The notes: a model not told the origin generated them from the letters alone. 64,000 nt of DNA from Bacteroidales bacterium (GCA_035299385.1 DATGWQ010000268.1:82524-146523), one strand, 5' to 3'; positions 19,053 through 29,006 are shown, counted from the first letter of the stretch. Numbers and translations are program-made.

Positions 19053-20615
19053 TCAGTCTATGAATATATCTGATTTTTTCTTTGGTCTTATCTGATCGAG
19101 CCATGAGAAGCCTTCGAGTCTCAGATCATCGGGTTTCTCCAGTTTAGGCGGGTTTATAAATCCATCGGGTGTTCCAAAATCGGTAATTTCGACAACCTTC
19201 CCATTTTCTATGGTAGCTTCGATATTGGCGCATTTTGAATGGTTAATTCCTGATATCGTGTTTCCATCTACGAGAAAGTAGATCGATTCGCCATTCCCGT
19301 TTATCTCCACTTTGGTCAACTCATTATTATTGAAATACCCGGTCAGTGATCTGCCTTTTATCTGGTTGAACCTTATGGAATCCACCTGGGCGGTGACAAA
19401 TGCGGAATTGTAAAGCTCAAGCCTGTCTGCCTGCCGGTTTTTGGTAAAGATGGCCATGGAATCGGAAGTCAGCTGATTTTCCTCTGTCCATAAAACTGGC
19501 TTTTCATAGAACCTGATTACAGAATCCTGGAAGGAATAGGAAATTGAATCTGCCTTTGCCTGGAAGTCCTGGCTGAAGATCCTGCATCCGTGATACGCGC
19601 GCATAAGCCTGTATCCGCTTGCCGTATCCGCAACCGTTATGGCGCTGATGGTATCCGCGTGGAGGAAGAGAGAATCTTCTTTCGAAATCTGGATGAAAAC
19701 TGCCCTGTTTGTCACAAGAAATCTCTCCGGCGTCTTGTAGTACCAGGCAAAATTCCCTTCAATGGCAATATCATTTACCGTATCCTGGATCAGTACATTC
19801 CTGTAAGCTTCACCATAACCGGTGCTGTCATTATAAAACAACGAGTCTCCATGCACGATCTGCTTCCTGTTGTCGATCATGGCATTGGTCCAGACAGACG
19901 TGATCTTGTTCTTTGTGTCATACCAGCCTTTCTCACAGTACATGTACAGGCTGTCGCCTTTAAGTTCACTTGGACCTGTGAAGTAGGATGTTTCGGTAAG
20001 TGTATTGTAATCCATTGTGTCCGCCTTCATGACGTAATCCGGATTGACAATTTTCACACTGTCCTTGAAATGGAAGATCTTACGTGAGACATAGTAGACT
20101 CCATGAATGCTGGTAAGGGTATTTTCGGCATTTGTTATTTTCCCTCCGGTGTCGTATTTGGCTATCCTGTTCCTTACATCATAATCGATTGCTTCCGTGA
20201 AAAGATGAGTCTCCCTGTCGACGAGCTCGACTTTCTTTCTCACAATAGCTTTCTCGGAAGGACCGTCATAAAAAAGATAATCTCCATAAAGGTTGAGTGT
20301 ATCACCCTGTTCTATGTGCACCCTGCTGAAAGCGGTGAGCTGCTGTTTGTTCGGTGAAAAATGAGCGCTGTCGCAATTCATCGTCACATCATTATGCCTG
20401 AAGCTCACGCTGCCGGAAAGATGGTTTATCTTATCACCCGAGGCATCGGCAATTATGATATTGGTTTCGGCAAAAAGAAGCTCTATTTTCCTCTTTACCG
20501 GCTTTTTAGCCTGGGCTTTCTGCGCCTTCAGGGCAGGAATGCCAAAAAAGCCGCACATTATCAGAAGAAGAAAAACAGAATAAAAAGTTATTCGCCTGGT
20601 CTTTATTTCAGCCAT
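19053..20615 (-). CDS. OstA/LptD-N-terminal-like repeat protein (periplasmic)
   Basis: Signal peptide after MAEIKTRR (start taken at the ATG at 20615). Repetitive beta-rich sequence of OstA-like character. It sits downstream of the SurA-like chaperone genes. Confidence 0.5.
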   Translation of the reverse strand: MAEIKTRRITFYSVFLLLIMCGFFGIPALKAQKAQAKKPVKRKIELLFAETNIIIADASGDKINHLSGSVSFRHNDVTMNCDSAHFSPNKQQLTAFSRVHIEQGDTLNLYGDYLFYDGPSEKAIVRKKVELVDRETHLFTEAIDYDVRNRIAKYDTGGKITNAENTLTSIHGVYYVSRKIFHFKDSVKIVNPDYVMKADTMDYNTLTETSYFTGPSELKGDSLYMYCEKGWYDTKNKITSVWTNAMIDNRKQIVHGDSLFYNDSTGYGEAYRNVLIQDTVNDIAIEGNFAWYYKTPERFLVTNRAVFIQISKEDSLFLHADTISAITVADTASGYRLMRAYHGCRIFSQDFQAKADSISYSFQDSVIRFYEKPVLWTEENQLTSDSMAIFTKNRQADRLELYNSAFVTAQVDSIRFNQIKGRSLTGYFNNNELTKVEINGNGESIYFLVDGNTISGINHSKCANIEATIENGKVVEITDFGTPDGFINPPKLEKPDDLRLEGFSWLDQIRPKKKSDIFID

Positions 20616-21961
20616 CCGTCTTTCAGAAAGTCGCACGATTTGAATTCGTCGCTGATTTTGATGTAGGTGACAGCAATCTTATTCTTGATCCATTTCTCAT
20701 AGGCCTTGTTCCTTTCCTCAGCAAGTGCTGCATTGTAAAGGTTCTGATAGTCGTCCTTGAGATTTGCGGTATGTGCAGGCAAAATATTATCGAGCCTGAT
20801 TATGCGGAAAACCGTGTTGTTGTTTTCATCAGTTGTCCTGAAAGGGTCTGATATTTCGCCCACTTTCATATTCCTGAGCCGCATATAGATGTCAGGGTTA
20901 AGCTCCTCGAGCGTGAACCAGTTGCTCCTGTCCGAGGGGTTCTGGCTGACATATTTGCCGCCGTTTATCCTGCTGTCCTTATGAGTTGAATACCGGAGAG
21001 CAGCCGTTTCAAATTTCATGCTGTCTGCCCTGATGTAATCAGCAATGCTGTCGAGTCGGGCCATGGCCTTCTTCTCCTGCAGGGCATTAACCTGCGGCCT
21101 GATAAGAATGTGCCTGGTGTCCACCATGTCTCCCTTCCGGTCTATGAGCTGTATTATATGGAAGCCATATTTGGTCTCAACAATTCTCGAAACGGTGTTT
21201 TTTGTAAGGCTGAATGCGGCATCCGCATATTCTTTCTCAAGTTCGCCTCTTGTCAGGTAACCGATCTCTCCGCCGTTTTTTGCCGATTCCGTGTCCTCGG
21301 AATAAAGCCTTGCCAGGATACTGAACGATTCTCCCGCCAGGATCCTGCTCCTGATGTCGAGCAGGCGTTGTCTTGCCTCTGCCTTGTTGTCCTCGGCCGA
21401 AGGCGGATTAATCTGGATTATTGATAACTGGTATTTTGCAGGTACCACAGGAAGGCTGTCTTTTGGAATGGAAGCATAATACCTTTTCAGTGCGGCCGGT
21501 GTCACAGTCAGGTCCTTTGTAATATTATTCTGGACCTCTCTGACAGTTTCCTGTTCAAGCAGGGTTTTCCTGATGTCGCGACGAATCTCCAGCATGCTTT
21601 TATGGAATGCCTCTTCAAGGGCCTGTTCACTTTTTGCTGTTCTTATCGCATCATTGATTCGCATATTCAATTCACCCTCAACCGCATCGTCGGAAACAGT
21701 TATACTGTCAATCCTGGCCTGGTCAAGGAAAAGCTTTGAAATAAGCATTTGATTGAAGTAATTGCACCGTAACACATCGATTGGCACCCTGGGATTGTTT
21801 CGCCTGAGGTCCGCCACCATGTTCTCGAGGTCTGAGAGGTATATTACCTCATTGCCCACGACTGCTACAACAGATTCGACAAGGACCTGGGATCTGACCC
21901 GGTTAAAGCCGGGAATCAGAAGTATTATCAGTAACAGAAAATATTTAATTTTTTTGCTCAT
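20603..21961 (-). CDS. SurA-like peptidyl-prolyl isomerase (parvulin domain)
   Basis: Signal peptide MSKKIKYFLLLIILLIPG (start taken at the ATG at 21961). SurA-N-like region and parvulin core GGEIGYLTRGELEKEYADAAF...TKYGFHIIQL. Confidence 0.8.
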   Translation of the reverse strand: MSKKIKYFLLLIILLIPGFNRVRSQVLVESVVAVVGNEVIYLSDLENMVADLRRNNPRVPIDVLRCNYFNQMLISKLFLDQARIDSITVSDDAVEGELNMRINDAIRTAKSEQALEEAFHKSMLEIRRDIRKTLLEQETVREVQNNITKDLTVTPAALKRYYASIPKDSLPVVPAKYQLSIIQINPPSAEDNKAEARQRLLDIRSRILAGESFSILARLYSEDTESAKNGGEIGYLTRGELEKEYADAAFSLTKNTVSRIVETKYGFHIIQLIDRKGDMVDTRHILIRPQVNALQEKKAMARLDSIADYIRADSMKFETAALRYSTHKDSRINGGKYVSQNPSDRSNWFTLEELNPDIYMRLRNMKVGEISDPFRTTDENNNTVFRIIRLDNILPAHTANLKDDYQNLYNAALAEERNKAYEKWIKNKIAVTYIKISDEFKSCDFLKDGWLK

Positions 21962-21965
21962 TCGT

Positions 21966-22808
21966 TCAATATATCTTAAACCTGTTATCTTTAACTGCAT
22001 CATTGTAAATTCCGTTTTCGAGCGATTCGATTAGCTGTATCCTGCGGGTATTCCAGATAATTCTTCTTATATCGTCCTTTACGTACTCGAACGGTGCAAG
22101 TGAGGACCGGAGCCTGTAATCCCTTATTGAGACCAAGTAAACAGAAGCTGAATCGCTTGTTTCAAAGAAAGAATTCCTTTTCAGGAAATCCGTCTTATCA
22201 TCAATTTCACGGGGAAGCTCGACAGCCAGCCTGTCGAGTGTTACCCATTCTTCATTGAAATCATCGAATTTTTCAGCAAACTGGAAGCAAAAGGTTTCAA
22301 GTTGCTGCATATCAGGCTGGCTTTCAGACCTGGCAAGTGTTCGCACCCGGTCCATCTGGGGAGTGCCGACAGGCACTTTTATGAAGATGGCTTTAACGAT
22401 ATCCGAATTGAGTATAAATGCTTTTTCGTTTGTCGAATAATAACTCTCAAGCTCCGGATCGGTGATGACCGTGTCCATCTTTTCGAGCATCATTTGCTGC
22501 TGATACTGATGGATCAGCAGGTCGGCCCTTGTTTCAAGGAGTTGGTTATCAACTTCATCCTTCGCTGACTGGGGAAGATTTTCCTCTGCTTTCATAAGCA
22601 AAAGCTTCCTTTTTGCCCACCCGTTTATGTAATGCTGTACACCGGTCACACTGTCCTCCTTAGTGCTGAAATGAAAATCAGGTATTTCGTCATAGTACAA
22701 GACGGTTTTCCCTACCTCAGCAACCGGGATCCTCACTTTTGTGTCTTTTTTATGGCTGCAGCCTGCACTAAGTACAATTGCGAGAAATGAAATAAGTATC
22801 CTGTTCAT
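21966..22808 (-). CDS. hypothetical lipoprotein in the SurA/PpiC cluster
   Basis: Lipobox LSAGC. No catalytic parvulin motif. Flanked by, and co-oriented with, two PPIase genes. Confidence 0.5.
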   Translation of the reverse strand: MNRILISFLAIVLSAGCSHKKDTKVRIPVAEVGKTVLYYDEIPDFHFSTKEDSVTGVQHYINGWAKRKLLLMKAEENLPQSAKDEVDNQLLETRADLLIHQYQQQMMLEKMDTVITDPELESYYSTNEKAFILNSDIVKAIFIKVPVGTPQMDRVRTLARSESQPDMQQLETFCFQFAEKFDDFNEEWVTLDRLAVELPREIDDKTDFLKRNSFFETSDSASVYLVSIRDYRLRSSLAPFEYVKDDIRRIIWNTRRIQLIESLENGIYNDAVKDNRFKIY

Positions 22809-24769
22809 CTGGCAAGCTTCTTTTTGACCTCCGCAAGTACCATATTATCAAGCTTAACGGAATATTTCTTTTTTAATTGTTCTCTCCAGGTATTCTCAAG
22901 TTCATCCTGCCATGCTGCCATCATCTCACTTTTTACGTCCCGGAGCGGCAAAGGTAACGGTTCTATTATTTCATTGATGCTTATTATCGAAGGAAATCCA
23001 TTTATTTTCAGATATTGTTCCCCTTTGTTCCATTTCAGGCTGTCAATCACAGGATCATCCCCTTTGAACCACCGGCGTTTGGTTATGACAAGAAGTGTGT
23101 CTTTCCTTTTGTTGAATTTCGCATCCAGGAGTTCTCTTGCATTCTGTTTTGAAGAGTACTTCTTATATGCTGTTTCAAGCTTTTTTCCGCCATCAGCGAT
23201 CCTGAGCGTGTAAACTGTCGCATTGATTCCCGGATTGGTAAGGTGCTCTATTTTGTGTTTCTCATAATACTTTATCAGCCCTGCTGAATCTTCACTTACC
23301 CTGTTCCACACATTCCTGTTTGAAAGCTCAAAAAGCAATATGCCGTCATGAAATTCATTCATGAGGTACCGGAACTCGGGATTCTTCTTTTCTATCTGTG
23401 TGTTTTCATAGCTTATCAGGTCGTCCGCAGCTTTAATTTCAAGTGTCCTGTTAACAAAAAATGCAGAATCTTTTGTATCGATGATGAAGCCTCTTTTTTC
23501 AACATAGTCCGCAAATCCTGAATTTGAGGTGCTTCTATTTGCAAAGCTGTAAAGATTGCCTGCCGGCATAAGGCTCCTGTCATATTTTTTCAGCCCCTGG
23601 ATAACGAGGGTATCCGTGTTAAGTATAAACCAGTTGAGGGAATTCTGGTCAATACTGAATTTGTATTCCTTTTTCAGCCTGTCAGTGAAAGTCTTCCTGC
23701 TTACTGCGTCCAGCCATGACTGATTTATCCTGCTTTCGATGAATGATTTTGATTCCTCATAGGACCCGGGCTTTTTCCTGTCGAGAAGCTTTATGATATG
23801 CCATCCATACAAAGTCCTTACCGGTTTTGAATACGTACCTGTGTCACGGATCGCGAATGCTGCTTCAGAAAAATCACCTATCATCTCACCTGTGCCGAAC
23901 CAGTCCAGCTTTCCTCCATTTACAGCGGATTCCCTGTGATCCGAATAAAGCCTTGCCATCTCTCCGAAATCAGCCCCGTTCTTCAGCTTGTCATAAATTG
24001 CATTGATTTCTTTTTCAGCCTTTTCAGCTTCTGCCGGATCTGTCCCGGGAGGACTGTTTTTCATTATATGCGCGACTCTGACCCTTCCCGATGATGGACG
24101 TTTTGCAACAACTTTAATTATATGATAGCCATAAGGAGTCCTTACGGGCTGGGATACTTGTCCCGGTTTCATGCTATACGCGGCATCCTCGAATGGTGAT
24201 ATCATCTGAAAGACAGTGAAAAACCCAAGGTCACCGCCATTTAAGAGTACTGATTTGTCATCGGAGGAGCTCCTTGCAACCCTGTCAAACTGCTCGCCGT
24301 TGAGTATCCGCTGCCTGATGGCACTGGCTTTCTGCCACGCTCTCAGGGTGTCCTCAGGAGAGGCGTTTTCAGGAAGTGAGATAAGAATATGCATTGCATT
24401 CACTTCGGTAAGCGATCTCTGGTATGCGGTCTTCAGTAGTTTTTCTTTCGTGGTGTTGTCGGTCAGGTAACTTCGGACAAGCTGGTTACGGTAACCGTTC
24501 AGCTCGGTCGTGAATGACCTTGTTGTATCAAGTCCCTGCCGCATTGCATCGGCAACCTTAAGCTTGAATAGGATAAACTGCTGAAGATATGCGTCAACAT
24601 CCTGTGCCTTGCCCGGTTCCAGGTTTTTCCTGTACATCCTTATAAACTCTCCGGCTTCAGTCTTGCGACCATCGACGGTCAGAAGCGTCCTGGTGTTAAT
24701 ATCCTGGCCCCGGCAGAAACCGGAAAAAAGCAGAACAATGAGAAATGATGTGGATGACCGGATCATCAA
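22805..24769 (-). CDS. PpiC-type peptidyl-prolyl isomerase with two parvulin domains
   Basis: Two copies of the parvulin core (GGDLGFFTVFQMISPFEDAAY...TPYGYHIIKV and GGKLDWFGTGEMIGDFSEAAF...TLYGWHIIKL). Signal peptide present. Confidence 0.85.
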   Translation of the reverse strand: MMIRSSTSFLIVLLFSGFCRGQDINTRTLLTVDGRKTEAGEFIRMYRKNLEPGKAQDVDAYLQQFILFKLKVADAMRQGLDTTRSFTTELNGYRNQLVRSYLTDNTTKEKLLKTAYQRSLTEVNAMHILISLPENASPEDTLRAWQKASAIRQRILNGEQFDRVARSSSDDKSVLLNGGDLGFFTVFQMISPFEDAAYSMKPGQVSQPVRTPYGYHIIKVVAKRPSSGRVRVAHIMKNSPPGTDPAEAEKAEKEINAIYDKLKNGADFGEMARLYSDHRESAVNGGKLDWFGTGEMIGDFSEAAFAIRDTGTYSKPVRTLYGWHIIKLLDRKKPGSYEESKSFIESRINQSWLDAVSRKTFTDRLKKEYKFSIDQNSLNWFILNTDTLVIQGLKKYDRSLMPAGNLYSFANRSTSNSGFADYVEKRGFIIDTKDSAFFVNRTLEIKAADDLISYENTQIEKKNPEFRYLMNEFHDGILLFELSNRNVWNRVSEDSAGLIKYYEKHKIEHLTNPGINATVYTLRIADGGKKLETAYKKYSSKQNARELLDAKFNKRKDTLLVITKRRWFKGDDPVIDSLKWNKGEQYLKINGFPSIISINEIIEPLPLPLRDVKSEMMAAWQDELENTWREQLKKKYSVKLDNMVLAEVKKKLAR

Positions 24770-24777
24770 CTGAAATT

Positions 24778-26259
24778 CTATTCAAAAAGTTTCCTGCTGT
24801 AATTAGGGGCTTCCCTGGTTATGGTGACGTCGTGAGGATGGCTTTCAATAATTCCGGAATTGGTGATCCTTACAAATTTTCCTTCCTTTTTGAGAACTGC
24901 TATATTCCTGGCTCCGAGGTATCCCATTCCAGAACGCAAACCGCCTTTCATCTGGTAAATGACCTCTGAAAGATTTCCCTTGAATGGTACCCGTGCTTCA
25001 ATGCCCTCAGGAACAAGCTTCTTTATATCATCCTCAACATCCTGGAAATACCTGTCCTTTGAGCCCTGCTGCATGGCTTCAGTAGAACCCATTCCCCTGT
25101 AAGCCTTGAATTTACGCCCATTGTATATAATCGTATCTCCCGGTGACTCCTCGACACCTGCAAAGAGAGAACCTGCCATAATGGAATCAGCTCCTGCAGC
25201 GAGGGCCTTGATGATGTCCCCGGAATACCTTATTCCTCCGTCGGCAATCACCGGAATTCCTGTTCCTTCGAGAGCCTTTGCAACATCATATATTGCCGAG
25301 AGCTGGGGAATTCCGACACCGGCGATGATCCTTGTCGTGCATATAGAACCGGGTCCGATGCCTACTTTCACTGCATCCGCACCTTCCTTTGCAAGCATCT
25401 TTGCTGCATCGGCAGTTCCGATATTTCCTGCGATCACATCGATATTGGGGCATGCCTTCTTCACTTCCCTGAGTATGCGCAGGACATTAAATGAATGACC
25501 GTGTGCCGTATCAATGGCGATTGCATCGACGCCGGCATTCACAAGAGCATCAACCCTTTCAAGGGTGTCGGAAGCAATACCTACGGCGCCGCCGACGCGG
25601 AGTCTCCCTTTTTCATCCTTGCATGATCCCGGGCGGTCTTTTGTTTTTGTAATGTCCTTGTAAGTTATGAGTCCGATCAGCTTTCCTGAATCATCCACAA
25701 CCGGAAGCTTTTCTATCTTGTGTTTTTGCAGGATCTTTGCGGCTGATGTGAGGTCAGTCAGGTGGTTTGTGGTAACAAGTTTTGTCGTCATCACCTCTTT
25801 GATCTTCTTCCCACGGTCGTTTTCAAATCGCAGGTCCCTGTTTGTGACTATTCCCTTCAATATGGTATTGTCATCCACAACGGGGATACCCCCGATCCTG
25901 TATTCATTCATGAGGCCCATGGCTTCGGCTACGGTTGCCTCGGGATGAATTGTTATCGGGTCCATGATCATCACGTTCTCTGCTCTTTTTACCCTTCTGA
26001 CCTGGGCAGCCTGCTTGTCGATACTCATGTTTTTATGGATGAAGCCGATCCCTCCTTCACGGGCGATGGCAATTGCAAGCTCATCTTCAGTCACCGTATC
26101 CATTGCGGCAGAAACAATCGGCGTGTTCAGGCGAATGTTCCGCGTCAGCATAGAGCTCAGATCTACCTCCCTTGGAAGTACTTCCGAATATGAAGGGACA
26201 AGCAGAACATCGTCGAAAGTCAGACCTTCATATAATATTTTATCTTCGGTAAATGACAT
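24778..26259 (-). CDS. guaB: IMP dehydrogenase
   Basis: MSFTEDKILYEGLTFDDVLLVPSYS start, CBS pair, catalytic loop GIGPGSICTTR. The ATG at 26259 was verified in the sequence. The 102 upstream codons in the ORF track are an artefactual extension. Confidence 0.95.
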   Translation of the reverse strand: MSFTEDKILYEGLTFDDVLLVPSYSEVLPREVDLSSMLTRNIRLNTPIVSAAMDTVTEDELAIAIAREGGIGFIHKNMSIDKQAAQVRRVKRAENVMIMDPITIHPEATVAEAMGLMNEYRIGGIPVVDDNTILKGIVTNRDLRFENDRGKKIKEVMTTKLVTTNHLTDLTSAAKILQKHKIEKLPVVDDSGKLIGLITYKDITKTKDRPGSCKDEKGRLRVGGAVGIASDTLERVDALVNAGVDAIAIDTAHGHSFNVLRILREVKKACPNIDVIAGNIGTADAAKMLAKEGADAVKVGIGPGSICTTRIIAGVGIPQLSAIYDVAKALEGTGIPVIADGGIRYSGDIIKALAAGADSIMAGSLFAGVEESPGDTIIYNGRKFKAYRGMGSTEAMQQGSKDRYFQDVEDDIKKLVPEGIEARVPFKGNLSEVIYQMKGGLRSGMGYLGARNIAVLKKEGKFVRITNSGIIESHPHDVTITREAPNYSRKLFE

Positions 26260-26329
26260 CTGATGATAGTTTAAGATTTTGCTGCGCAAATTACGAAAAA
26301 AAGATGAACTTTGGCACGGTGCAAAAGGA

Positions 26330-28234
26330 ATGAATACCGTAATATACAGAGAGATTCTCGAAAAATACTGGGGGTATAAATCCTTCAGGCCACTGCAGGA
26401 AGAAATAATCAGAAGCATCGCAGAGGGTAAGGACACCCTTGCGCTGATGCCAACAGGAGGCGGCAAATCGATTACCTTCCAGGTTCCTGCCATGGCTATG
26501 AATGGTATTTGCCTTGTGATCACACCTCTGATAGCGCTTATGAAGGACCAGGTGGCCAGGCTCAACAGCCTTGGTATAAAAGCGCTTGCCCTTCATTCAG
26601 GCATGTTGCATGAAGAGATCGACAATGCTATTGAAAATGCCATTTTCGGTGACTATAAATTTCTTTATGTATCACCTGAAAGGCTCTGGGCAAGGGATTT
26701 TACCGGAAGGATCGGCCGTTTTGACCTTTCTCTTGTGACTATCGATGAAGCGCACTGCATCTCTCAATGGGGTTACGATTTCAGGCCGTCTTACCTTAAA
26801 ATTGCTGAGATCAGGAATTATATACAGGGAAATGTTCCATTCCTTGCACTTACTGCTTCTGCAACCCGGGAAGCAGCGGATGATATAATGGAAAAACTTG
26901 GCTTCAGGCAGAAGAACCTGCTGAAGACGAGCTTTGAAAGGAGTAATATAACATACCTCGTAAGGAAAATCGAGGACAAGGGTGCATACCTTGCATCGGC
27001 ATTGCAGAAAGCAGGCGGCAGCGGAATTGTTTACGTCAGAAGCAGAAAGAAATGCAGGGAAGTTGCCGAAAACCTGACCGCAGGAGGGATTAGTGCGGAT
27101 TTTTATCATGCGGGGCTTTCAAATGAGCTGCGCGACAGCAGGCAGGTTGCCTGGACAGGCGATAAAACCAGGGTCATCGTCGCCACAAATGCTTTCGGAA
27201 TGGGAATTGACAAGCCTGATGTCAGATTCGTGATACACTGGGATGTGCCTGATTCAATAGAAAATTACTTCCAGGAAAGCGGTAGGGCAGGGCGCGACGG
27301 GAAACCTGCATCTGCCGTGCTTCTGTTTTCACCTGCCGATCGCAGCCGGCTGACCGATTCGCTTAGGAAGAAATTCCCGCCGATCGAGAAGATAAAAGAC
27401 ATATATGAGGCTCTTTGTAACTACCTTCAGATACCTGTTGGGTCAGGGCGTGAAATTGTATACGACTTCAGCATGCGGGAATTCCTTTCAAAGTACCGCT
27501 TGCCGGTGACCGAGACGGTGAACAGCCTCCAATTCCTTCAGAGGGAAGGATATATGGAATTCACGGAGGAAATCAACAATCCATCAAGAGTGCACTTTAT
27601 CGTGGGCCGTGACGACCTGTATAAATTCCAGGTTGAAAATGAAGTTTTCGACGGGTTTATTAAGCTTCTGCTACGGTCATATACCGGGATGTTCAGCGAG
27701 TATGTGCCAATCAATGAAGATGATCTTTCACGGAAATCAGGTTCTGACAGGGATACCATCTACCATTATCTTCTCAAACTTTCTTCATTCAATATAATAA
27801 GGTACATCCCGGGAAAGAAAACTTCACTGGTGATATTCAGGGAGGAACGTCTCGAGAGAAAAGCCCTGCTGATATCACCCGGCAATTACCTGCATGTAAG
27901 GGAACGCTATGAAGAAAGGCTGAGCAGGATGCTCGATTATGCTGAAACAACAGAACGCTGCAGGCAGCAGGCATTGCTTAATTACTTCGGGGAGGAATCG
28001 GGCAGGTGCGGCCACTGTGATTTTTGCCGGAATAGCAAAAATGCCGTAAAGGAAAGTTATGATTCAATAGAAGAGAGGATAATTCATCTTCTTGAGGAAA
28101 GAAAGGCAAGTGCCCGGGAAATTATCAGTGAGCTTCAGCTGGAAGAGGATCATGCGGTAAAGGTGATACGCAGTCTCCTGGACAGTGACAGGATAAGGAT
28201 GGGCACTGACGGAAGATACCGGCTTCCGGACTAA
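26330..28234 (+). CDS. recQ: RecQ-family ATP-dependent DNA helicase (atypical C-terminal layout)
   Basis: FRPLQEEII, PTGGGKS, DEAHCISQWGYDFRP, QESGRAGRDG. The Zn motif CRQQALLNYFGE...CGHCDFC lies about 230 aa after motif VI. I take the ATG at 26330 rather than the TTG at 26279. Confidence 0.85.
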   Translation: MNTVIYREILEKYWGYKSFRPLQEEIIRSIAEGKDTLALMPTGGGKSITFQVPAMAMNGICLVITPLIALMKDQVARLNSLGIKALALHSGMLHEEIDNAIENAIFGDYKFLYVSPERLWARDFTGRIGRFDLSLVTIDEAHCISQWGYDFRPSYLKIAEIRNYIQGNVPFLALTASATREAADDIMEKLGFRQKNLLKTSFERSNITYLVRKIEDKGAYLASALQKAGGSGIVYVRSRKKCREVAENLTAGGISADFYHAGLSNELRDSRQVAWTGDKTRVIVATNAFGMGIDKPDVRFVIHWDVPDSIENYFQESGRAGRDGKPASAVLLFSPADRSRLTDSLRKKFPPIEKIKDIYEALCNYLQIPVGSGREIVYDFSMREFLSKYRLPVTETVNSLQFLQREGYMEFTEEINNPSRVHFIVGRDDLYKFQVENEVFDGFIKLLLRSYTGMFSEYVPINEDDLSRKSGSDRDTIYHYLLKLSSFNIIRYIPGKKTSLVIFREERLERKALLISPGNYLHVRERYEERLSRMLDYAETTERCRQQALLNYFGEESGRCGHCDFCRNSKNAVKESYDSIEERIIHLLEERKASAREIISELQLEEDHAVKVIRSLLDSDRIRMGTDGRYRLPD

Positions 28235-28527
28235 TTAAGGTATTTCACAAGACCTGAATTCTGAAAATTCATAACATTCATCTCAATTGTTTCACGGGAC
28301 TTTTTACCGGTTTCTCCGGGTCCGTGTGTGCAAAACCTGCATCCGCAGTTGTTGCTGAAATACTTGTTACCTTCATGAATCGCATCTCTCAGCGAAATGA
28401 ATTTTCCGAGGAAAATCCTTTTATTCTCAGCCGGTAAAAACGGACAACCGTCCATGTGAACCGAATGCAGTTCATTCAACCCTGGTCTTACTACCATGTA
28501 GAAGCTGCTTAAATGTGCTTTTGACAT
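28231..28527 (-). CDS. small Cys/His-rich protein, putative metal-binding
   Basis: 98 aa. HSVHMDGCPFLP...CGCRFCTHG gives a possible H/C4 metal site, loosely like Ada-type Zn-binding small proteins. Copy 3 of the promoter-like motif precedes it by 44 nt. Confidence 0.6.
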   Translation of the reverse strand: MSKAHLSSFYMVVRPGLNELHSVHMDGCPFLPAENKRIFLGKFISLRDAIHEGNKYFSNNCGCRFCTHGPGETGKKSRETIEMNVMNFQNSGLVKYLN

Positions 28528-28571
28528 ATTTCTTTATTTATGAATTTGTCCTTTTGCATAAAGAAGATATC

Positions 28572-28603
28572 GTTTAATAGGAAATGGGTCAAAATTGTTA
28601 CCC
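28572..28603 (-). promoter_or_regulatory. ECF-type promoter-like motif, copy 3 (faces the 98-aa gene)
   Basis: The minus strand reads GGGTAACAATTTTGACCCATTTCCTATTAAAC. It is identical to copy 1 at positions 1-9 and 18-32 and differs only in an 8-nt spacer. An AAAACA flank precedes it. Confidence 0.6.
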
Positions 28604-28742
28604 TGTTTTCCTGATTATTTTCAAAAAACCGTATTAATCTTACGATTCCGGGATAATTAATATTTTTTAACATTTATAGTTATCTGTATATCAGGTAATT
28701 AAAAAATATTTTCGTTTTTTTTCATTTTTTATGCCAAAAAAG

Positions 28743-28774
28743 GGGTAACAAAACGAGGGCATTTCCTATTAAAC
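28743..28774 (+). promoter_or_regulatory. ECF-type promoter-like motif, copy 1 (faces the 49-aa ORF and the CHAT gene)
   Basis: GGGTAACAAAACGAGGGCATTTCCTATTAAAC. There is a GTAAC-type -35 and, 16 nt later, CTATTA. It ends 48 nt upstream of the ATG at 28823. Confidence 0.6.
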
Positions 28775-28822
28775 AGAAAAGCGCAACCAAAAATTTGATA
28801 TACAACTAAAAACTGAAAAACA

Positions 28823-28972
28823 ATGAAAACAACTAACAAAAACACCAGGACTGTAAAAACTACCGATCGCTTCTTTACTGAAACATCTGCAGAAGGTATT
28901 CTGAGCATATTAATGGGAGAATGTGATCCCACCGAACCGATCATTATTATACCACCGGCCCCAAAGATTTGA
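28823..28972 (+). CDS. unannotated 49-aa ORF (MKTTNKNTRTVKTTDRFFTETSAEGILSILMGECDPTEPIIIIPPAPKI); alternatively a non-coding ~260-nt RNA
   Basis: ATG-initiated ORF below the 60-aa track cutoff. It lies between motif copy 1 and a textbook intrinsic terminator (29007-29041). Coding status is unproven. Confidence 0.45.
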   Translation: MKTTNKNTRTVKTTDRFFTETSAEGILSILMGECDPTEPIIIIPPAPKI

Positions 28973-29006
28973 TTTCTGCTATTTGTTTACTCATCTGAAG
29001 AAAGGT

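Noticed and set aside
26279-26329. TTG start extending recQ by 17 codons
   Set aside because: The ATG at 26330 gives the usual RecQ N-terminus and leaves a 70-bp divergent promoter region shared with guaB.
26260-26565. 102-codon N-terminal extension of the guaB ORF in the six-frame track
   Set aside because: The canonical IMPDH N-terminus MSFTEDKILYEGLTFDDVLL starts at the ATG at 26259. The upstream part has no IMPDH similarity and would run across the divergent recQ promoter and start.
28729-28944. 71-aa minus-strand ORF with a hydrophobic stretch, antisense to the 49-aa ORF
   Set aside because: It would read through motif copy 1, which is also present in clearly non-coding contexts. The promoter orientation and the + strand terminator at 29007-29041 favour the + strand unit. 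The hydrophobic segment comes from translating an A-rich stretch in reverse.
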